Origin: a virus
Taxonomy: Duplodnaviria; Caudoviricetes
IMG/VR virus record: IMGVR_UViG_3300029145_000009
Coordinates: 1-39,036 of that record
Strand: one strand, 5' to 3'
Length of the DNA stretch: 39,036 bases
Both the position numbers and the translations under genes were made by a program. The notes beneath the pieces are model-generated. The model did not search any database. It saw only the letters and a list, made by a program, of their open reading frames with translations, and had not been told where the DNA came from. This document shows positions 20,201 through 28,234 of the stretch, in pieces; position 1 is the first letter of the stretch; every line of letters starts with the position of its first letter.

Positions 20201-21376
20201 CCTGTATTAGAACAGATGGAAAAACGGATAGAAGATGTCCCAGCATTAGAACGGTTTCTGCGCCGAGCAGAACTAATTCGTGCTAGAGCAGATGGTCGTA
20301 CGCTAGCTGATTTACTTGATTTACGTCAGATGATAAACGGCTTTAGATTTGGTAGAGGTACTAAGAAAGCTACAGAACTTCAAACGTATAAAGACTTACT
20401 AAAAACTATTGATGCTTCAATAGACCAAGGTGCTGAAGTTGTTATGGACCAACCAAAAGCATGGAAGAATAGCTGGTCAGAAGCACGAATTAGTTATGCC
20501 AAAATGAAAGAACTGGAAAAGAACACTATTATTAAAGTACTAAACAGACCTGGAGTTGATGAGACTATTGTAGTTAAAAATTTAACTAAGTATATCACGG
20601 CTTTAGATGAGACTTGGACTGATGCTATGGCTGCATTACCGGCTACTACTAAACATAAAGCAGAAGGTGCAGTTATTAATGCATTAGCTGAAAAGTTTAC
20701 TGCAGGAGTACCTAACGGTACAAGAGCCACTAATTTTCCTATGTTAGCTAACGAGTTAAGTAAAACTACTTTTACAACTCCAGATGCACGAAAATTAAAA
20801 GCAGCAATTAACGTATTAGGTGATACGTTTAAGAATGACGTACCATTAGCTCAACAGACTGGTAACATTATAATTCCTAAAGAGCAGAGCTACTTAACTA
20901 CTGATCCAGTAATTAGAATTAAATACGAATTAGCATCTAAGATGTTTAATTACTCAAAACGGTTATTCCCAACACAACAAGGTAGAGCTACAGCATTAAT
21001 AATGCGTACTGCTCAACTATTAGAAAATCCATTAAATGTTAAATCAGCCAAAGAGCTAATGGATGAAGTAGGTGAAGCAGTGAATTTATCACCTGATGTA
21101 ATTAAATTACAAAGAGCTGCAGCTAATGAAGCAGCAAAAACAACCAGTTCACCGCTTGTTCGTCTTTACGGTACGGGTAATACTTTGGACTTTACTGGTA
21201 GTGGTAAACCAACAACTAAGATACATATGAGTAGAATAGCTACACAAGATATTGCAATTCAAGTCGCAGAAGCTGAAGGGATTAGCCGTTCAAATGTGAA
21301 AGCATTAGAACACGCTTTAAAACAACGAGGTTATCAAGCTATAATGTCAGGCACAGAGAAGGTTAAATTATTATGA
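17246..21376 (+). CDS. Large internal virion / ejection protein 3
   Basis: 1376 aa, no Cys. Central Gly-rich hydrophobic hairpin (GAVVGGITGAKVG..LLGGGVGSLVGASSGASIG). N-terminal SEHF..H.R..EEIQSDLHQ module. Confidence 0.6.
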   Translation: MMAVVKSLLKEIIEAFPEGQTVKGSNLEPMLKKKGVKPEEIKFADLGIDPTTRYDKESLQKLEAGRQDKFETTEIPKKEFEHTSLHDVATNPTYKEKVITFSQPKTKTTKSTRPNTAEIAAQVEELRNAKTPEEYDTLLDKFYEQYPNTGETIHRVGLDNYPTDDVVADILEADQAALKGSRYTSEHFPEQENYLMHNRVFDDTIDGKSTRVLEEIQSDLHQEARKRGYQDTELDIDFAKGNQELEQLGKDYDDFYLSNENSKFKTDEEAAKAVDQFKAKYNIDEDILILDYENLESIIRASTNISTGLPQSPYQKTWLRKGIERELVDAINEGQQQLAIPIKGAVYPLNRGEGVQKWYETQVANTAKKVAKSTGADFKMQTVSKNENIYRADAISYISNIFSSGPVNTAEIKKLAGQSDEALKILTNMQTGNTPIYEGITKLANLKEDLTIDYAIITPKAGSQPTVTLYSAPIAGGFAVYTALRMGYTQEEITAKLKADGEDDDDIAATFETAQKMLAAHNAGYSDEEIQSYLMQQQPKLTDVQDSNSISLDEVGPATAKEILEKRKDTPFFSAWYEKYDVPESLVKEKQESMQGTWEQAYAATVMSLKEKVTSHQNLTDLDYGMDAETLVANLKVTQPNMSSITTRIAGYFGNQNEAKVAADAEYASRQRILDLGNKLLAESGRSLKWYDPRDPKTAEANTGLLWDPGTWLVVNPDGTKVPANPGFWASLQSESSEITGAVVGGITGAKVGAKYTPGPWWAKLLGGGVGSLVGASSGASIGSQFDYMSSAIQTHQNMSSEVAAHRALTAAEASIIGDAVAYPVAKGMNYGWRAMIRAKNFIFAGNPEGARRALKESMHLADSEIEDIVTQLQRVADVPGTLAGDKEIAAFIATQPGGEGLMRAAGAIDDMAGKTVAKEIDKRAQDLLKTTQSISDENIGKLIKEDFNNYVADVKNFYGTVKAQVAKSPNSNKWSFDYSKLAINPVLEQMEKRIEDVPALERFLRRAELIRARADGRTLADLLDLRQMINGFRFGRGTKKATELQTYKDLLKTIDASIDQGAEVVMDQPKAWKNSWSEARISYAKMKELEKNTIIKVLNRPGVDETIVVKNLTKYITALDETWTDAMAALPATTKHKAEGAVINALAEKFTAGVPNGTRATNFPMLANELSKTTFTTPDARKLKAAINVLGDTFKNDVPLAQQTGNIIIPKEQSYLTTDPVIRIKYELASKMFNYSKRLFPTQQGRATALIMRTAQLLENPLNVKSAKELMDEVGEAVNLSPDVIKLQRAAANEAAKTTSSPLVRLYGTGNTLDFTGSGKPTTKIHMSRIATQDIAIQVAEAEGISRSNVKALEHALKQRGYQAIMSGTEKVKLL

Positions 21377-22044
21377 CAGTAAGAAATGTAAAGAAAAGTC
21401 TTATAGGCATGCAAGATATCGCTCAAGGTAGTACTGATCAAACGCAAAACCGTAACACTGTAAGTACAGTAATTAGAGAAGTAGATATCCCTTTTTCTTG
21501 TGCTACAGTGTTAGAAATGCAGAGCTTGGATATACTACAGTATACACGGGCTAGAGTATATTTATCTACTACGGAGTATATAGAATATCTTTATAATGAT
21601 ACATCATTAGCGGGTATAAGCTCTAATACAGGTCCAGGTAGTTGGATAGAAATAACGTCAGCTAAACCTCATTTAGACCTACGATCTGCATTATATGATT
21701 TTGATGTTCAAGGTGGTGCAATTGGTGATATTGCTTTAGCTACTCTATTCCAAGCTTCCAGCATTGTACGTGCTTGGTATGAAGTTATAACTGCACCTAC
21801 TTCTGCAGGAGCTGCAACAATTGCTTTTGGTGTTGATGCAGATGATGCTACTGGTTTAAAAGCAACTACTGCATATAATGATGCTACTTTTAATACTGGT
21901 TACCATGATTTCACGCCTAATGGCGCAGCAACTAATTTTACAACTAAGACGACAGCTATTAGAGCGCTGGTAATGACTATTGCAGGCGATGCATTAACCG
22001 CGGGTAAAATCCGTATTTGGTATGAACTAATCAGGAGTGAATAA
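21373..22044 (+). CDS. Short fibre/spike protein sharing the tailspike N-terminal anchor
   Basis: The N-terminus aligns with the tailspike N-terminus. The C-terminus resembles the 145-aa decoration protein. Confidence 0.6.
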   Translation: MTVRNVKKSLIGMQDIAQGSTDQTQNRNTVSTVIREVDIPFSCATVLEMQSLDILQYTRARVYLSTTEYIEYLYNDTSLAGISSNTGPGSWIEITSAKPHLDLRSALYDFDVQGGAIGDIALATLFQASSIVRAWYEVITAPTSAGAATIAFGVDADDATGLKATTAYNDATFNTGYHDFTPNGAATNFTTKTTAIRALVMTIAGDALTAGKIRIWYELIRSE

Positions 22045-22622
22045 TGAAACTGTGGGATATACTTAAAACTGTAGGCTCAGGTATTGTACGTACAGCAGTG
22101 CCTGACCCAGGTGGGTCTTTAATCTTAGGTGCAGTCAATGCAATGTTGCCAACTGGAAAACAGTTACCGGATACTGCTACTGGTACACATGTAAGTAATG
22201 CTATAAGCGGTCTACCGGTAGAAAAGCAAGCAGAGCTGTTAGATAGGGAATACAATATAAAAATAGAAGAAATTAAACAGTCTCATACATCATTACAAGT
22301 TATGTTAAAAGCTAATGCAGAATCCAAGCATACTACTAGACCTAAGATAGCTTATCAATCTTTTCAAATTATTGCTTTTTCCACGGTTGCACCAATAGCA
22401 GCTTGGTGTTATGCAGTAGGGTCAGGTAATGTAGAAATGTTAAGCACTATAAAAGACTCGTGGATGTTAATATTAGCTTTAACTGCGCCACTAGTTACAG
22501 TATTGCATGCTTATTTTGGTGTACTTACACAAGAGTCTAAAGATAGGCTAAACGCAGCACAAGGACATAAAGTTAATCCTGTAGCTGGTCTTGTATCTAA
22601 ATTATTTAATAGAGGTAAATGA
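22044..22622 (+). CDS. Holin-like membrane protein (resembles the GTA 3TM-holin family)
   Basis: Amphipathic N-terminus, RPKIAY followed by two TM segments, and AYFG. Last large gene of the late arm. Confidence 0.55.
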   Translation: MKLWDILKTVGSGIVRTAVPDPGGSLILGAVNAMLPTGKQLPDTATGTHVSNAISGLPVEKQAELLDREYNIKIEEIKQSHTSLQVMLKANAESKHTTRPKIAYQSFQIIAFSTVAPIAAWCYAVGSGNVEMLSTIKDSWMLILALTAPLVTVLHAYFGVLTQESKDRLNAAQGHKVNPVAGLVSKLFNRGK

Positions 22623-22623
22623 T

Positions 22624-22698
22624 ATGCCAAAACCATACAAAGAGCGTAAGCCTCGACCTAAGTCGAAGCCCAAACCTAAACCGAAGAAGAAATACTAA
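22624..22698 (+). CDS. 24-aa Pro-Lys micropeptide MPKPYKERKPRPKSKPKPKPKKKY (not in ORF track)
   Basis: SD GAGGT 22612-22616, ATG 22624. The TAA at 22696-22698 overlaps the stop of the convergent minus-strand gene. Confidence 0.7.
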   Translation: MPKPYKERKPRPKSKPKPKPKKKY

Positions 22699-22910
22699 TT
22701 ATTTATAAGTTGCTCTAATCGTTGGTGTATTATAAGGTTATTAGACTGTTTAATACACCAATGCTCGCCATCTAATTTTAGTTCGTACTCATGATAATCA
22801 AATGACTTACACATTGCTTTTAGCTTACTCGCATCACTAACATATGCACTAGTAATGTAGATAAAAACTAGTGTTAAACCTAGAAATAATAAGTCTACTT
22901 CAGTTCGCAT
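22695..22910 (-). CDS. Small single-TM protein downstream of the endolysin
   Basis: 71 aa, N-terminal TM, two Cys in the soluble part, abuts the amidase stop codon. Confidence 0.6.
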   Translation of the reverse strand: MRTEVDLLFLGLTLVFIYITSAYVSDASKLKAMCKSFDYHEYELKLDGEHWCIKQSNNLIIHQRLEQLINN

Positions 22911-23276
22911 TTATTTACTCCCAAAATACCATGCTACAGCATCAAAATTAGGGCAAGTTTTTTTATTATCTAAATCGCTGTGATTGAATAATTCCAAAGA
23001 ATCATAAGTGTTGAGTTTTAATCTTAATGTTTGTAATTGAGCATCTGTAAAATAATGTCGGCCAATTAAACAAATACCAATTGAACCGCGATTATGACCT
23101 CGTGTATGTGCACCTGTCCAATATTCAGGACGTCCAGCTTCGAGTGTACCATCACGTCTGATTACCCAATGATAGCCTATACCATCCCAACCTTGTTTTC
23201 GGTGCCAGCAATGTATTTCTGCTGCATTGATATCTCTATCACTTGGTGTATCTGAACAGTGTATTACAACTTTCAT
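22911..23276 (-). CDS. N-acetylmuramoyl-L-alanine amidase (T7 lysozyme-like endolysin)
   Basis: Zn-amidase motifs IHCSDT, GWDGIGYH, GRPE..GAH, HN..SIGIC, H..KTCP. Confidence 0.93.
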   Translation of the reverse strand: MKVVIHCSDTPSDRDINAAEIHCWHRKQGWDGIGYHWVIRRDGTLEAGRPEYWTGAHTRGHNRGSIGICLIGRHYFTDAQLQTLRLKLNTYDSLELFNHSDLDNKKTCPNFDAVAWYFGSK

Positions 23277-23578
23277 TTATCTTCTCCTGTATTAACAATA
23301 TTATCGTGATAATCACGTAGATTGCGTTTCACATCGTCTAAGCTCCAAGCAGCAAAAGCTATTCCGCCTCTTTTTACCACTTCTAAAATGTTCCAACTCT
23401 GTAGTTTACTACATTTATTATCTCCGAATTTTACTTCTATACCTAAAAAGCGGCCTTCTGGTCCACAACCCACAATATCCATAATACCTTTACGATTACA
23501 TACTACAGTTTTAAAAACCCAATAACCATTAGCTTTTAACCAGGTGAGAATCATTGCTTGTAATTTCTGTTCACTCAT
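23273..23578 (-). CDS. VRR-NUC / Holliday-junction-resolvase-like nuclease
   Basis: SEQKLQ..GIMDI..FLGIEVK..SKLQ..GG PD-(D/E)XK pattern. Confidence 0.85.
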   Translation of the reverse strand: MSEQKLQAMILTWLKANGYWVFKTVVCNRKGIMDIVGCGPEGRFLGIEVKFGDNKCSKLQSWNILEVVKRGGIAFAAWSLDDVKRNLRDYHDNIVNTGEDK

Positions 23579-23616
23579 TTGTTTACTTCTTTTACAGCTT
23601 TTCGCAGTTTATCCAT
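23575..23616 (-). CDS. Possible 13-aa coupling minicistron MDKLRKAVKEVNK
   Basis: SD GAGGA inside the ligase 3' end. Its TGA overlaps the VRR-NUC ATG (ATGA). Confidence 0.35.
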   Translation of the reverse strand: MDKLRKAVKEVNK

Positions 23617-24469
23617 GGGACATATCCTCTTCATGTCTGATTGTTTTATAAATAGGGAATCGTGGTACGCCGTACTTACTTAATTCTTGATATTTAAAAG
23701 TTACATGCTTATTTATATATTTGTCTTTATTTCTCCATATTTCGTCTCGTTGTTCATTAGAAAAGCCTGAACCAATATTAAAGATTTTACCTCTCCACTG
23801 AACTATTAATGCTCCTAGAGTCTCACCAGAAATCATATTTTCTTTTTTATGTGTGGATGTATCATCATTATGCATTAACTCCGTAAAACCTGTAATACAA
23901 GCTTCAGCATCTTGAAAAATTTTAAGTTTTAACATCCAACCTTGTTTCATTGTACTTCTACCATTTTTATATATAGCATTAGGGTCCCTAATAATTACAC
24001 CTTCGTATTTAGATTCTATACAAAGCCTTAGATACATTTCCATTTCTGCTTTATTATATATTTTTTGATGTGGCACTATTCTAATACGAGAGTCGTTTAA
24101 TTTTTTGACCTTCTCATTAGCAGCTTCAAATCTAAACTTAAATGGTATTGTAGGATTAGTAAAATCATCAAAAACATTATAGTAGAATTTTGACTCTTCT
24201 ATATGTCGTCCACTCATGATTGCTGATTGCACATTGTTAAAATCCCCATCAATCATTAGTTCGCCGTCTAAACCATGTAAGTTTAATTTCTTTAATGTAT
24301 CTTGTATAAACTTATTTGGTATACGTTTCATAGTTCGACTAAATGCAATACCATCACCCATAATACAACGAATACCATCTAATTTAGGCGAAGCTAATAC
24401 TGGATACTTAATTTCATCTAATTCAGGTATCGTAGAGCAAGCTAACATCGGTCTAAAACTAAGGTTCAT
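23609..24469 (-). CDS. ATP-dependent DNA ligase (minimal type)
   Basis: KLDGIR adenylation motif, DGE, YEGVIIR, LKLK, GSGF, PRFP. Confidence 0.93.
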   Translation of the reverse strand: MNLSFRPMLACSTIPELDEIKYPVLASPKLDGIRCIMGDGIAFSRTMKRIPNKFIQDTLKKLNLHGLDGELMIDGDFNNVQSAIMSGRHIEESKFYYNVFDDFTNPTIPFKFRFEAANEKVKKLNDSRIRIVPHQKIYNKAEMEMYLRLCIESKYEGVIIRDPNAIYKNGRSTMKQGWMLKLKIFQDAEACITGFTELMHNDDTSTHKKENMISGETLGALIVQWRGKIFNIGSGFSNEQRDEIWRNKDKYINKHVTFKYQELSKYGVPRFPIYKTIRHEEDMSHG

Positions 24470-25737
24470 TATAATTCCTCTCTTTTAAATACTGAATCAA
24501 CAAAATTCTTTTTATTAAGTGCTACAGTGTTATAAACTTGATGAGATATAGCTTTTTCAATAAGTAAGAAATGCACAATAATAGGTTCTTTTCTATTTAG
24601 ATTACATTGACGAGCTCTACGTTGCGTATATCGTGCAGTACTAAAGTCTTGGCTATAGACAACCAAATCTTTATAATCTTTCAAATCAACGCCTTCGGCA
24701 TAACTAGTAGCTTGTAGTATTTTAGCTTTTTTGAACACTTGTTCTAATTTCTCTTTTTCAGCGATATAATTATACATAATAACTAATTGCTCAGTATCGC
24801 CGAAATGCTCTAGAATATAATCTATCTTTTCACGATTAGCTAATACAAAATATTGAGGTCTGATTTTATTACCTTCAATTCGGTCAATTTTAGCTACTCC
24901 ACCTTCTAACATATGAAGACTAGCTCTCAGCTTCATATCTGTATCGCAAACTAGTGGCTCATCAGTACAAGGTAGAAATATCAGTTGTTCTTTTAAGAGC
25001 TCGTTATATTGATCTCTAGTATTAGCGCTAAGATGAATATAATGAAGATTATCAACGGGCTCATGCTTAAAATCCAGCTCAGCACGCGTCTTCGTAATAA
25101 ATAAATGCTTCGATGTTTCTTCCACCATCTTGTCTTTACATCTGTCATACTGTGTCACATCTCCTGTTTGTAATTTAATAGTATAAGGTTTACCGTACAT
25201 ACTAAACCAACTATAAAATGTTGAGTACTTACGCCAAGGAGACCATGAACTTAATGCAAATTGATGATATAGCATTTGCCGTCCTTGTGCATGAGGCGTA
25301 GCAGACATATAAATAATCGGTTTCTTTTTAGCAAGTCGTTTTACCGCATCATAAATAGACTTGTTAGGCTTATTCTCTTTTCTTAGCTTAGCTAGCTGTG
25401 TACAAGTAGCACCTATTTTAGGGTATGCAGATAAATAGTTATGACTTTCATCTAACATAATTAAGTCATAATCACCTATTAGTTTCCATGCTTGATGATA
25501 ATTTATTACTTTGAAATTCTTTGTTGTTTTATAAGCTTTTAATGTTTCATTCCACCCTTTTAAAGCTTTCTTTTTAGTTATAACTAAAATATCTTGTACA
25601 TCTAATTGCTCTGCAGTGAGTATACCTGTTAATGTTTTACCTGTGCGTTCTTCCATAGCGAGATATACTATCATATGCTGCTTAATAATATCTGCAGCTT
25701 CTTTAGCTAGTCTTATTTGATGTTTCCAAGGTATCAT
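24469..25737 (-). CDS. Superfamily 2 (SNF2-like) helicase/ATPase
   Basis: MEERTGKT, LDESH, SATP, AEGVDL, QRRARQ. Confidence 0.85.
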   Translation of the reverse strand: MIPWKHQIRLAKEAADIIKQHMIVYLAMEERTGKTLTGILTAEQLDVQDILVITKKKALKGWNETLKAYKTTKNFKVINYHQAWKLIGDYDLIMLDESHNYLSAYPKIGATCTQLAKLRKENKPNKSIYDAVKRLAKKKPIIYMSATPHAQGRQMLYHQFALSSWSPWRKYSTFYSWFSMYGKPYTIKLQTGDVTQYDRCKDKMVEETSKHLFITKTRAELDFKHEPVDNLHYIHLSANTRDQYNELLKEQLIFLPCTDEPLVCDTDMKLRASLHMLEGGVAKIDRIEGNKIRPQYFVLANREKIDYILEHFGDTEQLVIMYNYIAEKEKLEQVFKKAKILQATSYAEGVDLKDYKDLVVYSQDFSTARYTQRRARQCNLNRKEPIIVHFLLIEKAISHQVYNTVALNKKNFVDSVFKREEL

Positions 25738-25909
25738 CTATCTCCACTCCGTAAAGTTTATTGAACAATGCTCGGTATTGGCCACCCATACGTGTGCTTT
25801 TTAACCAGTAATTTACCAAGGTAGGCGCGCAACCTAAGTCTTGCGCCATTCTATACTTAGATAAACTATATTTGCTGAGCACATATTTTACTGCTTCGCT
25901 TGTCTTCAT
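25703..25909 (-). CDS. Cro-like helix-turn-helix protein
   Basis: SKYRMAQDLGCAPTLVNYW HTH pattern, 68 aa. Confidence 0.65.
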   Translation of the reverse strand: MKTSEAVKYVLSKYSLSKYRMAQDLGCAPTLVNYWLKSTRMGGQYRALFNKLYGVEIDDTLETSNKTS

Positions 25910-26430
25910 ATGCCGTAGTCATTTTGTGAATTAGCTAATAAATCCAGTAGATATTGTGCTTGAACTTCTGCATCATGTAATGCATTATGTGCAATTTCTG
26001 GTTCTTTACAAACAATTTCCGGGTATTCTTTGCTTAAAGTAGCTAAACATCTATTAGCCCAAAAAGGCCAAGGTCGTTCTAATTTGCAAGCATCATATGC
26101 ACTTTCTAGCCAAATATTATCTGACGTAGCTGGATAACCCCAAATATAGTAATCATCTTTTCTTAACCAAGCGGCAAATGCTTCTAGTGCTGCAGGTAGA
26201 CTGCTAATACCATTTTCAAATACTTCTCTTGCTTCTTTACTTTGTTTAAACCACCATTTTAAAGTATCACCATCAATTTGTAGGCCTACATCTAAACAAC
26301 TCTGTATATCAATAGTAGCAATGTACTTACTAACAATTTCACGGCCTCGCAATTTCACAGCACCAATAGATAAAATCACTGGATTATGTTTAGTGCTTAA
26401 GGTTTCTAAATCTATAACTACATTATACAT
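25906..26430 (-). CDS. DEDDh 3'-5' exonuclease (ExoVIII-N / DUF5051-like)
   Basis: IDLETL, SIGAV, SD, HNALHDA. Start moved to ATG 26430, which has SD AAGGA. Confidence 0.88.
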   Translation of the reverse strand: MYNVVIDLETLSTKHNPVILSIGAVKLRGREIVSKYIATIDIQSCLDVGLQIDGDTLKWWFKQSKEAREVFENGISSLPAALEAFAAWLRKDDYYIWGYPATSDNIWLESAYDACKLERPWPFWANRCLATLSKEYPEIVCKEPEIAHNALHDAEVQAQYLLDLLANSQNDYGI

Positions 26431-26440
26431 ATTATATTCC

Positions 26441-27271
26441 TTACAGTTTAATTTTTTGAGTTTCAGGTTCAACTTCAATTAAGCCTCTAGAAAATGGGCA
26501 TTCTTTATAATGCTCGCACCATTTCTCGCTGCAGAACGTATGCTTAGGGTTACCACGTAATAGTGTTTCAATAGGTGCAACATCTTTTGCAACTAAATCT
26601 AATGTATCTAGTAAGCTATTAACTAATCTTTTAGCTTGTGGTACATCTGCATCTAAACCGATAATAGCTCCATCAGGTTTCTTTTTTAATACTACACTTT
26701 GTATAAGATTGTGTTTAACGTTTACACCATTCTCAGTAGCTAAGTATTTATAAATAGACTGTTGTACTGTGTAACTAGAAACTGTAGGTTTACGCTTAGA
26801 TGTTTTTAAATCTGCAATAGTGTGGTCCGTAATGTAATCTACAGTTCCACCTAAACTAGAAACAAAAGGGTGGTCTAATTTTACTTCATAATATTTTTCA
26901 ACTGCATTAGGAATCTGCGCAAAAGGACTAATATCATCCAAGAATGCTTGAGTACCATTAACTATTTCAACAGTGCAAGTGTTTTCATTTTCACCATCAC
27001 CATAGCGCATGTCTTTTTCTTCTTCTGCTTTAAAAGCCGTTACTGCAGCGTCGGTCATAGCAGATAAACTATAATTAGATTTATCATTAGTTTTAATTGC
27101 TTCTTTCCAAAACAGTTCTGCAGCTGCATGTATGCCTGTACCAATAGCTGCACGACTATTAGGACGAGACGGTCTACCTTCTAAGAATGTTAATCCCCAT
27201 TGGTAAGCACAACCAAAGAAACCGTCTACAGTAGATGGACGCAATCTTATATCAGTATTATTAATCTTCAT
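26441..27271 (-). CDS. Cas4/RecB-like PD-(D/E)XK exonuclease with Fe-S cysteines
   Basis: N-terminal Cys, GTGIH, GTVD..IADLKT, QQSIY, C-terminal CSEKWCEHYKECP. Confidence 0.85.
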   Translation of the reverse strand: MKINNTDIRLRPSTVDGFFGCAYQWGLTFLEGRPSRPNSRAAIGTGIHAAAELFWKEAIKTNDKSNYSLSAMTDAAVTAFKAEEEKDMRYGDGENENTCTVEIVNGTQAFLDDISPFAQIPNAVEKYYEVKLDHPFVSSLGGTVDYITDHTIADLKTSKRKPTVSSYTVQQSIYKYLATENGVNVKHNLIQSVVLKKKPDGAIIGLDADVPQAKRLVNSLLDTLDLVAKDVAPIETLLRGNPKHTFCSEKWCEHYKECPFSRGLIEVEPETQKIKL

Positions 27272-27707
27272 TTGAATCTCCTACGATTACAATATTTACA
27301 CCTGCTTCAACTAATAAAGCTATACCCATTTGATTAGACTCTTGCCACTTGGATTTAGGGTCTATTCTAGGACAAATTAATTCCCGTATACCTGCTTGAA
27401 TTATAGCTTTACAACATTCTATACAAGGTGGAGATGTAACATACATAGACCAGCCTACTAAAGAAGTTTTAGCATTTAGTATAGCGTTTAGCTCGGCATG
27501 TACTGTTAGCTTATTTTTTAATTCAGCATCGTCTAATCGACTAGCAGAATCTTCTATTCTTTTAGGGAATCCATTATAACCTATAGTTAATCTATGTCTG
27601 TCAGGACTTACTACTACACAACCTACTTTGCGTGTAGGGTCTTTACTCCAATTAGCTACAGTCTTAGCAAGTTCAAAAAATCGTTCGTCCCATTTAGCCA
27701 TTATCAT
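27261..27707 (-). CDS. dCMP deaminase
   Basis: SKDP..KVGC, GYNGFP, HAELNA, PCIECCKAIIQAGI. Confidence 0.93.
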   Translation of the reverse strand: MIMAKWDERFFELAKTVANWSKDPTRKVGCVVVSPDRHRLTIGYNGFPKRIEDSASRLDDAELKNKLTVHAELNAILNAKTSLVGWSMYVTSPPCIECCKAIIQAGIRELICPRIDPKSKWQESNQMGIALLVEAGVNIVIVGDSNED

Positions 27708-28234
27708 ACTCCATATTTAATAGTTAAATGCCGACTTAACATATCAATTTGCGACGTTAGATTATCTATATCACCGTTGTTACACAGAATAAAATCTGCT
27801 TTATCTGCAGTAATATTAATGGATTTTTCATCTTCGAGAGGTAATCTTCTTGCTGCATCTACCCATATTGTAATTATAGGATATGTAGAGTATAACTCTG
27901 CTGCATTCAAAATAGCTGTATGCTCATCTTCATCTCTTACACCAGCATAAATATCACTTTGCTCAAATACTTTAAAGCCAAATGCATGTCCGCCATTAAC
28001 TAAGCAGTAATGATTTATTAGCCTATACCAGAGTTCGCGATTATTAATACGATCATTATAGCATTCTTCAGGATCGCTATAGAAACTATTTAATACTGGA
28101 TAAATTATTTCATTACAAGCTATAGTAGAAGCATTGACATTCTCTAATCCCAAATTGTGTGCAAGCTTATTTGCAACTGTATCTTTACCATGCCTTGCAT
28201 GACCGATTATTATCAATTTAGCATTAATTAACAT
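27704..28234 (-). CDS. Deoxynucleoside monophosphate kinase-like P-loop protein
   Basis: IIGHARHGKDTVA Walker A, GVRD..E, ADFILCNNG. Confidence 0.75.
   Translation of the reverse strand: MLINAKLIIIGHARHGKDTVANKLAHNLGLENVNASTIACNEIIYPVLNSFYSDPEECYNDRINNRELWYRLINHYCLVNGGHAFGFKVFEQSDIYAGVRDEDEHTAILNAAELYSTYPIITIWVDAARRLPLEDEKSINITADKADFILCNNGDIDNLTSQIDMLSRHLTIKYGV

Noticed and set aside
205-20730. Minus-strand track ORFs opposite the structural genes (205, 1029, 1317, 2467, 6344, 8180, 8603, 12845, 13363, 13624, 14357, 16292, 18817, 19210, 19735, 20494)
   Set aside because: They are antisense shadows of well-supported genes, with no recognisable motifs.
22695-22910. Spanin call for the 71-aa TM protein
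   Set aside because: It has no lipobox, no long periplasmic coiled coil and no nested lipoprotein gene.
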